Of a stretch of 30,820 nt of DNA, positions 8,905 to 17,366 are shown in pieces. The stretch is from Deltaproteobacteria bacterium (lineage in GTDB: Bacteria; Desulfobacterota; Dissulfuribacteria; Dissulfuribacterales; QOAL01). The translations under genes and the position numbers were made by a program. The DNA is taken from positions 1-30,820 of the forward strand of contig JAMOUE010000310.1 in NCBI GenBank assembly GCA_027068235.1, given 5' to 3'. Numbering within the stretch: position 1 is the stretch's first letter; the number at the start of each line of letters is the position of its first letter. The notes beneath the pieces were generated by a model. The model did not search any database and had not been told where the DNA came from. It saw only the letters and a program-made list of their open reading frames with translations.

Positions 8905-9885
8905 TTAGCCTTCTGCCGCCCTTTGTATATCTATGATACCCTCTGTGCCAGGATACTCCTTTTTGGCATAACAAGTAATATCTGTAAGTTTATGCACAAG
9001 CTCTCCGAGGTATTCAACTTGTTTTTCCAAGCGCGCAAGAGACTTCCGATCGGCAAATGTACCAGTAGAACGCAACAACTCGCAGTTTAAAAGTATAGCC
9101 TGTAGGGGCTGACTGAACTCGTGTGCAACAGCGCCTGCCATTTCCACTATTCCTTCAAGACGTTGCTGTTCAAGCAGGGCCTTTTGTGCCTGTTTCAGCT
9201 CTGTAATGTCCAGCATGAGAACAGCGATCTCTGTTCCCTCTGGCCTCTTGGCAGACGATAATAGGAACCACCTGTCTCTATCTTTGTCATGATATTCAAA
9301 GTTGCTTTTACTCTTCCTGCTGGCCAAATCCTTTATGAGGTCCTGACCAAAGGGCAACTTTGGGCTTCCAAGCTGATCCATCAGATTCAATAAATCCCAT
9401 GCGGACTTGTTGGCCCATTGAATATTTCCTTCCAGATCTATAATTACAAGGCCAGCACCTATGCGAGATATAACCTTGCCCCACAGCTCTCTTTCTATGC
9501 TAACCCTACGCTCTATATTACTGATTTCTACTGCCCTTTGGATTATGTCTCTTAACTCATTGGCATCTACAGGCTTCTCTAGATAGGAGAACGCTCCCTG
9601 TTTCATGGAAACAACCGCATCATCCACTTTACCATAAGCGGTCATTATGATTACTGGAGTAAATGGAGCTATCTCTTTTATCTTTGACAGTAACTCAACC
9701 CCCTTCAGCCCATCCATCCTCTGATCTGTTAACACCAGATCAAAGTCTCCCTTATTAAACAAATCCAAGGCCTTCAAAGGATTATCACAGGCAGTTACAT
9801 TAAGTCCCATGAGCTCGAGACGCATTTTGAGAACGGTCAAGATATTTTCGTCGTCATCAACAAGCAAAATCTTTTTGGTTGTCAT
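8905..9885 (-). CDS. Response regulator receiver + PAS-like + HisKA protein without HATPase_c domain
   Basis: ILLVDDD, LVLTDQRMDG, IIMTAYG, YLEKP; PAS-like GLVIIDLEGNIQWAN; H-box AHEFSQPL; the ORF ends about 71 aa after the His. Confidence 0.88.
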   Translation of the reverse strand: MTTKKILLVDDDENILTVLKMRLELMGLNVTACDNPLKALDLFNKGDFDLVLTDQRMDGLKGVELLSKIKEIAPFTPVIIMTAYGKVDDAVVSMKQGAFSYLEKPVDANELRDIIQRAVEISNIERRVSIERELWGKVISRIGAGLVIIDLEGNIQWANKSAWDLLNLMDQLGSPKLPFGQDLIKDLASRKSKSNFEYHDKDRDRWFLLSSAKRPEGTEIAVLMLDITELKQAQKALLEQQRLEGIVEMAGAVAHEFSQPLQAILLNCELLRSTGTFADRKSLARLEKQVEYLGELVHKLTDITCYAKKEYPGTEGIIDIQRAAEG

Positions 9886-9963
9886 AGTCTTTTAGTTTAT
9901 CCTTGAATAAATTGACAATTTTCCATGAAAAGACTAGCAAATTATATACCCTGAATAAGAAAA

Positions 9964-10848
9964 ATGAAACAGGCAAATCCAGAGTCTATTAGATATGTAG
10001 TCGAACAATTGGCCATAAACATTGGGCCACGCCCAATAAAACTACCTAAGAAACTTTACCAAGCTAGAGACTTTATTGCTGGTGCTTTTCAAAAGTTAAA
10101 TATGTCAGTTACGCTGCAATCCGTGTACTACAAAGGGATAGAGTACCACAATGTTCTTGCTTGCACACAAGGTCATGATCCACTTGCCAAGAGAGAAAAA
10201 CCCATTGTTGTAGTGGGCGCCCACTACGATACTGTATCCACTACTCCAGGAGCAGACGACAATGGAAGTGGCGTTGCGGCACTATTAGAAATTGCCAAAC
10301 TACTAAATCCCTTCTCTTTTGATAATATAGTTTATGCTTCATTCTGTATGGAAGAGCCACCAGTTTTCCGCACAAAAAAGATGGGAAGCTACAGATATGC
10401 CAAATATTTAAAGGATATTGGCCAAAAACTCCATGGAATGATATGCCTTGAGATGATAGGATACTTTTCTACCAAGCCAGGTAGCCAAAAATATCCTTTT
10501 CCACTTATGAATAAAATGTATCCAGACCAAGGAAATTTTATTGCAATGGTTGGCAATCTTCCCTCAAGAGACTTCACACACAGACTGAAAGAACTATTTC
10601 AAAAATATAGTGAGTTACCTGTTGAATCCCTAAACGCCCCTGCCCTAATGATTGGAATAGATTTTTCTGACCATTGGGCATTTCAAAAGGTAGGATATAA
10701 GGCCATAATGGTTACGGATACGGCATTTTACAGAAATCCACATTACCATCGTCCAACCGATAGTCCAGCTACCTTAAACTATACAAAGGCTGCCCAGGTG
10801 GTGGATGGCCTTAGTGGAGCAATTATGGATATATGCTCTTCAGATTAA
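9964..10848 (+). CDS. M28 family metallopeptidase
   Basis: VVVGAHYDT, PGADDNGSGVA, EE, MICLEMIGY, SDHWAF, PHYHRPTD. Confidence 0.92.
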   Translation: MKQANPESIRYVVEQLAINIGPRPIKLPKKLYQARDFIAGAFQKLNMSVTLQSVYYKGIEYHNVLACTQGHDPLAKREKPIVVVGAHYDTVSTTPGADDNGSGVAALLEIAKLLNPFSFDNIVYASFCMEEPPVFRTKKMGSYRYAKYLKDIGQKLHGMICLEMIGYFSTKPGSQKYPFPLMNKMYPDQGNFIAMVGNLPSRDFTHRLKELFQKYSELPVESLNAPALMIGIDFSDHWAFQKVGYKAIMVTDTAFYRNPHYHRPTDSPATLNYTKAAQVVDGLSGAIMDICSSD

Positions 10849-11339
10849 TCCCTTTTCCACTTTATTCTAACACTTTTCTCACCATCTCCATATTCGAGGC
10901 TATATTCTCCCTGATATGAACGCCTTACGGCCTCTCCTATCCTCTTGGCCAGATGAATACCTGTGGTGGTAATTGTTATTCGATTATCATCTTGATCTTG
11001 CTCTATTGCCATTATACGTTCGAGAGGATGCTCCAACTTTTCTGCCTTTTCCTCATTACGCACCAGATTAAGTATCTCTTCTCCATGCGTTTTAAGAAAA
11101 CGTCCTTGCAACTCTATGATACCTGCAGGCATTTTCTCCTTTGTTCTTCTACATGCTGGACAAAGGACCTTGGTTGTTTTGTAGGGTTTTTCCTGCATCC
11201 ATACCCAGCGCCCTCCTGTATAGACTGCTCCACAATCAGGGCAAAGTGTTGATTCAGGAAATTTTTCTCTGGACTGATACGGATCATGACGCTTTTCTTT
11301 TACCAATCTATCCAGCCTACCAAATTTGCCTTTGTCCAT
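10845..11339 (-). CDS. BCAM0308-like protein with two CxxC pairs
   Basis: HDPY, CPDCGAVYTGGRWVW, CPACRR, EHPLERIM, TTTGIHLAKRIGEA. Start moved from 11351 to 11339 because SD GGAGGT precedes that ATG. Family recognised from memory. Confidence 0.75.
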   Translation of the reverse strand: MDKGKFGRLDRLVKEKRHDPYQSREKFPESTLCPDCGAVYTGGRWVWMQEKPYKTTKVLCPACRRTKEKMPAGIIELQGRFLKTHGEEILNLVRNEEKAEKLEHPLERIMAIEQDQDDNRITITTTGIHLAKRIGEAVRRSYQGEYSLEYGDGEKSVRIKWKRD

Positions 11340-11464
11340 AAGCACCTCCATTATACTGAAATAACAAAAGATTTTTCATTCGCTTTTACATTTACAGAAG
11401 TTAACTTTAAAAAAGTTAAGTACTTATATTTTTAGATACAAGGAACTGCGTTAATTTACGCTTA

Positions 11465-11944
11465 CTATTTTTTCTTGTAGGTGCCTATCAGAACAGCCTT
11501 GGCAAGAATATGGCCTTTCATGGCTTCCTCGAGTTGAACCTTTGTAGGGTTCTCCAAGTCATTCAAAACCGTATCCAAGGCATATAGCTTAAAAAAATAT
11601 CTATGACGACCAATGGGAGGACAAGGTCCACCATAATCCATTCTATGCCAATCATTCTGGCCAAAACGAACCATAGCAGAAAGCTTGTCTTTACTCTCTG
11701 AGATTCCTTCGGGTAACGACCTATATTGTGGAGGTATATTGTATAGAACCAAATGTACCCATGTCATTTGCGGATTGGCAGGGTCTGGCGCGTCAGGATC
11801 ATCCACTATAAGTGCAAGACTCTTGGTCCCCTTTGGAACATCAGACCATTCCAAGGGAGGAGATATATCCTGACCCTGACAAGTATATTTTTTAGGGATC
11901 TCTGTGCCATTTTTAAATGCCTTGGATTTTAACTCAAAGGACAT
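11465..11944 (-). CDS. YbhB/YbcL (PEBP/Raf kinase inhibitor-like) protein
   Basis: SPPLEWS, LALIVDDPDAP, YGGPCPP, HRYFFKLYALD. Start moved from 12025 to 11944 (SD GGAGG). Confidence 0.93.
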   Translation of the reverse strand: MSFELKSKAFKNGTEIPKKYTCQGQDISPPLEWSDVPKGTKSLALIVDDPDAPDPANPQMTWVHLVLYNIPPQYRSLPEGISESKDKLSAMVRFGQNDWHRMDYGGPCPPIGRHRYFFKLYALDTVLNDLENPTKVQLEEAMKGHILAKAVLIGTYKKK

Positions 11945-12144
11945 GGCCGTTCCTCCAAAGAAATGGCTAGAAAACAAAACGAACCATACAACATGAAATG
12001 AAAGCTGCCTTAAATATTTACCCATAAATATTATCTTATCAAAAGAAGCAAGTATTTTAAAGAAGATTTTGATCTGTTAAACTACTTGGAAAGTTTTTAG
12101 AAAATAGATGAGAAAACTTTCATTTTACATTCAGTTTTGAATAT

Positions 12145-12160
12145 TGGAGTGTCTTTTGCT
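12145..12160 (+). promoter_or_regulatory. Weak sigma-54 promoter candidate upstream of the 551-aa secreted protein
   Basis: TGGAGTGTCTTTTGCT has GG-N10-GC spacing, but the -24 element lacks CAC. Confidence 0.3.
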
Positions 12161-12311
12161 TTACTGGCAATGATCAGAGGTAACATAAAAAGGACTATGT
12201 TGATGGGCGATGGATAACTTAGAAAGAGATTAATGCCGTTGCCTTAAAAAATATGCAACTATATAATTTAAGTTAAACAATGCATAAATTTTAAAAGGTA
12301 GGATATAAATA

Positions 12312-13967
12312 ATGAAAAATTTATCATCACGTTTTTTGATAATCCTAACAATAGTACTGATGTGTTGGGCATATGTTTCTCCTAATTATGCCTTGGCAAA
12401 GTTGGATATAGTCCAACTTGCACAAACAGACTCTGACGATGAATTTTTCACAGTTGCTTTGGGAGAAGATTACGCATTTTGGAGTCATTACGATGATGGA
12501 ATTTATGCATGGCACACCAATAACCCAATAAATGCCGGACAGAAAATCGCCGACGACCACAAAGTCACCGTACTTTCTGCTTCAGGCAATAAGCTTGCCT
12601 GGATTGATGATAGTGACGACATACAAGTTTGGAACGGCTCATCCATTCAGGAAAAAGAAGACGATGTAATAGACAGAATATCTCTTTACCATGAAAATCT
12701 TGCCTTTGTTGAGGAAGACCATGAACACTTTTTTCATCAGGACACAGAAATCTTCTTACGCATACCAGGGCAAAAAATCCAAATTACAGACAATGACTAT
12801 GATGATAAACATCCCTCTTTATACAAACAGACCCTTGCATGGGTTGGAGAACATGATGGAGACAACTTCGATCTCTTTTATTGGGATGGACAACACGCTT
12901 ACAAACTCACAGATACCGATGGTGATGATCTTGAGCCAAGCCTACACAACGGTGCCATAGCCTGGACAGAATTTGATGGCGACGATTATGAAATCTACTA
13001 TTGGCAAGGCGGAGCAAACATTCAGATAACCGACGATGACTACGATGACAGATCTCCTGTTATCAAAGATGGGAAGATCGTATGGATAAAAAAGAAAGGC
13101 TCTTGCCAGGATATATTCATGTGGGATGGCTTTCAGATAAAAAAGCTGACAGACGGATGCTATGACAAAATCCAATCTTTGGACTTCAACGGCAAGGCCA
13201 TTTTATGGGCGGCAAGAGAAGATGATGAAAAGGCAGTCTATTATGCATCCCTTCCAGATACGACACGTCCATTCACTGGATGGTGGTATGATCCGGATGA
13301 ACCAGGAACCGGAGTTGCCACTGAAATCAAGGACAATAAGATCTTTCTTACTTGGTTCGTGTACGATCAGTCGGGCAGAAGCACTTGGTATTCTGCTGGC
13401 GGAACCATGTCTAGTCAAGACAGCTTTACAGGCAGCCTTTATTCATGGAAAGGATGGCCTTGGGGAAGTGAATATTTTCAGCCTGTTCCCGATATTGTTG
13501 GTACAATAGTTCTTATACTTAACGAATTTCCAACCCGATCCATCACATTTACCATCACTATAGGCAATACTGTGGTTACTAAGACCTTCAAGCCGTTCAT
13601 GGCTGATTTTGCCCCTGGTCCAGAAGACTCCAGACACCTTACAGGGTGGTGGTTTGATCCTGCCTATGACGGCATGGGGTTCTTCATTGATGCCAGAGGA
13701 GGCAAGATGGCAATGGTCTGGTACAACTATCGAGAAGATGGAAGTGCTAGATGGTGGACATCGGAAGGGGTCTTTGCTGACGGCGCATCTACCTATACCG
13801 ACACCTTGGATGGCTGGCAAGGTGGCCAATGTCCAGGTTGTCCCTACAGATTACCAAACCTGATTGCAGGTCAAGGTGGTACAATTACTCTTAATTTCAC
13901 AGATAGCGCCCATGCAACTTGTACCGTTGGCAATACGACTCTTAATCTTATAAGATTCGATTTTTAG
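12312..13967 (+). CDS. Secreted protein: acidic beta-propeller-like repeats plus two Trp-rich GxWxDPxxxGxG modules
   Basis: N-terminal signal peptide (hydrophobic core, ALA); ~40-aa repeats starting DDKHP (12801), DDLEP (12924), DDRSP (13044); modules GWWYDPDEPGTG (13278) and GWWFDPAYDGMG (13644). Confidence 0.85.
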   Translation: MKNLSSRFLIILTIVLMCWAYVSPNYALAKLDIVQLAQTDSDDEFFTVALGEDYAFWSHYDDGIYAWHTNNPINAGQKIADDHKVTVLSASGNKLAWIDDSDDIQVWNGSSIQEKEDDVIDRISLYHENLAFVEEDHEHFFHQDTEIFLRIPGQKIQITDNDYDDKHPSLYKQTLAWVGEHDGDNFDLFYWDGQHAYKLTDTDGDDLEPSLHNGAIAWTEFDGDDYEIYYWQGGANIQITDDDYDDRSPVIKDGKIVWIKKKGSCQDIFMWDGFQIKKLTDGCYDKIQSLDFNGKAILWAAREDDEKAVYYASLPDTTRPFTGWWYDPDEPGTGVATEIKDNKIFLTWFVYDQSGRSTWYSAGGTMSSQDSFTGSLYSWKGWPWGSEYFQPVPDIVGTIVLILNEFPTRSITFTITIGNTVVTKTFKPFMADFAPGPEDSRHLTGWWFDPAYDGMGFFIDARGGKMAMVWYNYREDGSARWWTSEGVFADGASTYTDTLDGWQGGQCPGCPYRLPNLIAGQGGTITLNFTDSAHATCTVGNTTLNLIRFDF

Positions 13968-14061
13968 TAAGATATTATTGCATGCTCTTGGTAAACTTTA
14001 ACAATAACTCATGGCTATCTCTAAAAATGAGTGGCCATAGGTTCAATCCAAGGGGAAAACA

Positions 14062-14850
14062 GTGCTAAAGGTATCAAGTTACATCTGTCTATTTTTTATA
14101 TTGACTATTACCACATGCCAGGCATCTGACTTCACAGGCATGTGGTGGGATACAAGTAAACCTGGTACGGGTGTATTTCTCGACTACATTGAAGATTCTA
14201 ACGGGATATGTGGTTCTTGGTATTTATACGATGAAAGAGGCACACCCCAATGGGTTACTTTCATAGGTACTGTTACGAACAACACTCTTAATACCTCTTT
14301 ATATCGATTCACTGGTCCCTCCTTTGGAGGAGCTTGGGACAATAGCATCGTTAGAGGCGAAGCTGTCGGGACAATCTCTATTGATTTTTCAAATCCTCAA
14401 ACTCTAACGATGGATTACGAGATCGAAAGACAAAGGGGCATATTAAAACTAACAAGATTTTCTACTCAAACTTGCCCAGGATCTATATGGTGGGATATTT
14501 CAAAGCAGGGCCAAGGCATTGTACACTTCCACTTTTTAGATTCTTCTGGAAAAGAACAACTCGGACTGGTCTGGTATGTTTATGATATGGAAGGAAACAA
14601 CATCTGGTATACGGCAACCGCCAGCCCAGGTAACTCTTCCTATGATGTTTGGCAATTTGTTGGGCCCTCTTTAGGAGATAAATGGGACTTAGCTCTTTTA
14701 CAGAGTGAAAAAGTTGGCATCATTACAGGCAACTTTGATAATTCTATTCAAAATGGAGAAAAACACTCTGTAAGGTTGGATTTCGATATAAAAAGTACTA
14801 AAGGCGTACTTTCTTTAGAACCCTTTCTTTGTCCAATTGCGACACCTTGA
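14062..14850 (+). CDS. Secreted protein made of two Trp-rich modules paralogous to the C-terminus of the upstream gene
   Basis: Signal peptide; GMWWDTSKPGTG...WYLYDERGTPQWV (14137) and GSIWWDISKQGQG...WYVYDMEGNNIWY (14479); GTG start with AAGGGG SD. Confidence 0.82.
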   Translation: MLKVSSYICLFFILTITTCQASDFTGMWWDTSKPGTGVFLDYIEDSNGICGSWYLYDERGTPQWVTFIGTVTNNTLNTSLYRFTGPSFGGAWDNSIVRGEAVGTISIDFSNPQTLTMDYEIERQRGILKLTRFSTQTCPGSIWWDISKQGQGIVHFHFLDSSGKEQLGLVWYVYDMEGNNIWYTATASPGNSSYDVWQFVGPSLGDKWDLALLQSEKVGIITGNFDNSIQNGEKHSVRLDFDIKSTKGVLSLEPFLCPIATP

Positions 14851-14930
14851 AGCGTCCATAATAAAAGAAAATTAGCCCCCCAATTCTATAAGTGGAAAAA
14901 ACATTGGGCTTATCACGACTCTGGACGCTT
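14850..14930. repeat. 81-bp segment bounded by 9-bp perfect inverted repeats
   Basis: AAGCGTCCA (14850-14858) / TGGACGCTT (14922-14930); imperfect inner pair AGCCCCCCAAT (14874-14884) / ATTGGGCT (14903-14910). Confidence 0.6.
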
Positions 14931-15002
14931 GATTTGGTTTCATGATATCAGGTAACAAGTAGCTCCCATTAATAAAGAACAAGCTATAGTGGAGGCAGCT
15001 AA

Positions 15003-16619
15003 TTGAACAGAAGCATCAAAACATGTGTAAGATATGATGGTAGCTTTATCTTTGGCATTCACAAGCCTAACTACAAGGTAATCAACAGGAGATTAAACAA
15101 GACAATAACGGAGTTGGGACGAACTGAGCATGGAGAAATCATACAAAATCATGTCAACTTTCCAGATGGCGACCTTGAAATAACAGCTGCTCAGCCTATA
15201 TACGAAATCCCAAACGCCTTTCCATTTTGGGGTACAACGTACATACTTGGAGATGTCGCTTCAAAAGTTGTCAATGAACCGTTTCCTGTTTCCTTTGCTC
15301 CCAAAGGCAAAACAGACTTTGAAATATGGGATGACTTTAAAAAGGTCTCCTTGAAAGACGTGCCCCGCCCTATTGTACTTGCCATGGCCCAAACCTGTAC
15401 AAATCCCAATATACTTGTAAGCCTTTTGCCTCTTGCCGCTCAATTTGTTGAAGACAAAGATGGCACAGTAGTTGGGCTTCGTTATGATAAAATGAAAGAT
15501 GGGTCTGTAAGACCACGCATTTTTGATCATGACCTCTATGAAACCCTGGGTAACAACCCTTGTCTGCCAGATCAAATAAAGCAGGTTATGCTTTTAAAGC
15601 CTGGTGTCCAAGGCACAAGTCCTATTGTTGGAGAATATTTGGACAAGGCCAAGTGTCATATCTGGGAATATCTGAGGGCCAACAGCTATATTCCCTGGGG
15701 ACACTTTGCAGCCAACATGGCTGAAGACTCTATAAGATATTCTGTGAAAAACCTGGACATGGATGACATTACTGGCCTTAGGCATCTTTATTATCAAAGG
15801 ATTTATATAACCCTTGCAAGCGAACTTGGAATTCCAATAAAAAAACAAGGGCTTTTATCAAGGCATGAATTAGAAGAGATACGATGTGAAATACAAAGTG
15901 CATTGGACAAGAGAGGATATGAAGACTTACGATTCAGTTCTACTTTGTGGGGTTGGAATTATGGTTATGATTTCAGCCCTTCTGGTTTCAGGCTTCATGC
16001 CTCTCACCAGCAGATACACCAGCAATTTGCACTGATTCCAGATGTTGTGGAAGCTCAGGATGGTGGGATACATAATCGCATTCCAACTTATGCAATTGGA
16101 GATATGGTCGCATCTTTTATTGAGCAGTTTAAACAACAATACAAAACCAATTTCTTCGATGCATACATAAAAGCCATATTGACGAATAATCGTACCGATG
16201 GCCTAGATGAACCTGAACAAGGGCTTTCTATTTTTAGAGATGAAAATGTGATGCTCTTTGTTCCTAAGGCCCAAAGATTTCATGGAGAGCTACACATATT
16301 GTGTCTTGAAAAGGTTGGCAACATCATCGAGGCCAACAATGCTGTACGGAAAAGTTTAGACAAGGCCATTTACCTGGCAGTAAACATACTAGATAGGTTA
16401 GGCGCTAGAATGATAACATCTTTTGAATTATCAAAGCGATTCGGAGTGAATATTGATCAGCGCCTAATGTACTGTTTGATTCCAAAGCATCCACAGTCTC
16501 CAGGTGCATTCAGTGAACAACAGGCCAGATGGATTACTGGCCACTTTCCTGAAGACTTTGCAAGAAGCTGTAGGCAGATTGTTAGAGAATTACCAGAAAT
16601 ACCAAGACTTGATGATTAA
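15003..16619 (+). CDS. Uncharacterised protein with a GalT/HIT-like region
   Basis: 538-aa ORF, TTG start after SD GGAGG; ASHQQIHQQ resembles GalT ASxxHPHxQ; DENVMLFVPKAQRFHGELHIL resembles the GalT second-half motif. The ORF is solid, the family call is tentative. Confidence 0.6.
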   Translation: MNRSIKTCVRYDGSFIFGIHKPNYKVINRRLNKTITELGRTEHGEIIQNHVNFPDGDLEITAAQPIYEIPNAFPFWGTTYILGDVASKVVNEPFPVSFAPKGKTDFEIWDDFKKVSLKDVPRPIVLAMAQTCTNPNILVSLLPLAAQFVEDKDGTVVGLRYDKMKDGSVRPRIFDHDLYETLGNNPCLPDQIKQVMLLKPGVQGTSPIVGEYLDKAKCHIWEYLRANSYIPWGHFAANMAEDSIRYSVKNLDMDDITGLRHLYYQRIYITLASELGIPIKKQGLLSRHELEEIRCEIQSALDKRGYEDLRFSSTLWGWNYGYDFSPSGFRLHASHQQIHQQFALIPDVVEAQDGGIHNRIPTYAIGDMVASFIEQFKQQYKTNFFDAYIKAILTNNRTDGLDEPEQGLSIFRDENVMLFVPKAQRFHGELHILCLEKVGNIIEANNAVRKSLDKAIYLAVNILDRLGARMITSFELSKRFGVNIDQRLMYCLIPKHPQSPGAFSEQQARWITGHFPEDFARSCRQIVRELPEIPRLDD

Positions 16620-16885
16620 GAAACAGAGTGCCTTTTGTGAACTCACCTGTTCAAGAACTTTTTATTTTTTCGATTGGCCCCCAATCGAACAACTTGGACC
16701 GTCTCACGTTGGCACAGGCCGCTTTGGCTTTTTGTTAGAGGTCTTTTTCTGATGCCGACCGGCATCAACGGGGGCACCTCAAGATGGCAATCCCAACTTG
16801 GGCAAGAGCCACCTATTAATGGCAATCCATATCACTAAAACCAATAGAAGAGAAAGAAGATTGTCCATGAAATTCATTACCTCGC

Positions 16886-16914
16886 AAAAAAGGCAGAAGA
16901 AAATCTTCTGCCTT
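16886..16914 (-). terminator. Intrinsic terminator of the Fe-S/cytochrome operon
   Basis: 11-bp stem AAGGCAGAAGA/TCTTCTGCCTT, 3-nt loop, T-tract on the minus strand, 32 bp after the cytochrome stop. Confidence 0.85.
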
Positions 16915-16946
16915 AAAGATTATCTTCCTATTGTAAGAAATTCTCC

Positions 16947-17348
16947 TTATTCGTGACCATGACCCTTTGGCTTTACACCAGTCATTCTATTATACCCTTT
17001 TACTCCAATATGGCAAAGGGTGCACCTGGTGTTGGATGCAAAAGCGCTGTCGCCGTCATGACATTGACCACAGTACTTTCCTTCGTATAGGGCCTTCATA
17101 TTGAAATCTTTATTTTCTTCAGCAGTACCTGCAGCCATCTCAAATGGATCGTCATGGCAGGAATCACAATCTAACCCATTTTCTTCGACATGGAGCTTAT
17201 GATCAAAAACCACTGCCTTTACAGGTTTGGTGAAGATAATTGGCTCCTGAGGATAATCCTCGTCATCCTCTCCAGAGGCCGCACCTACAGCCAAAACACA
17301 ACAAAGAAACATTACACAAAGAAATATTTTAAGACCTTTTTCAATCAT
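16947..17348 (-). CDS. Periplasmic triheme c7-type cytochrome c
   Basis: Signal peptide; FDHKLH; three CxxCH motifs (CDSCH, CGQCH, CTLCH) with the GKYCGQCHDG..AF pattern of c7-type triheme domains. Confidence 0.92.
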   Translation of the reverse strand: MIEKGLKIFLCVMFLCCVLAVGAASGEDDEDYPQEPIIFTKPVKAVVFDHKLHVEENGLDCDSCHDDPFEMAAGTAEENKDFNMKALYEGKYCGQCHDGDSAFASNTRCTLCHIGVKGYNRMTGVKPKGHGHE

Positions 17349-17366
17349 CTTTTTCCCCCTGTATAA

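Noticed and set aside
9905-9960. TTGACA on + and GG-N10-GC on - in the response regulator / M28 gap
   Set aside because: No matching -10 at 17 bp, and the -24 context (AGGGTA) is poor.
12206-12214. GGCGATGGA resembling the fluoride riboswitch 5' end
   Set aside because: The required downstream TTCGCC pairing strand is absent.
12750-13165. Periodic repeats as a possible CRISPR array
   Set aside because: In-frame, degenerate coding repeats; no identical repeats with unique spacers and no cas genes.
16643-16825. 60-aa minus-strand ORF (and the + ORF at 16504-16752)
   Set aside because: No SD, no recognisable motifs, and it lies beyond a terminator; a structured non-coding reading fits better.
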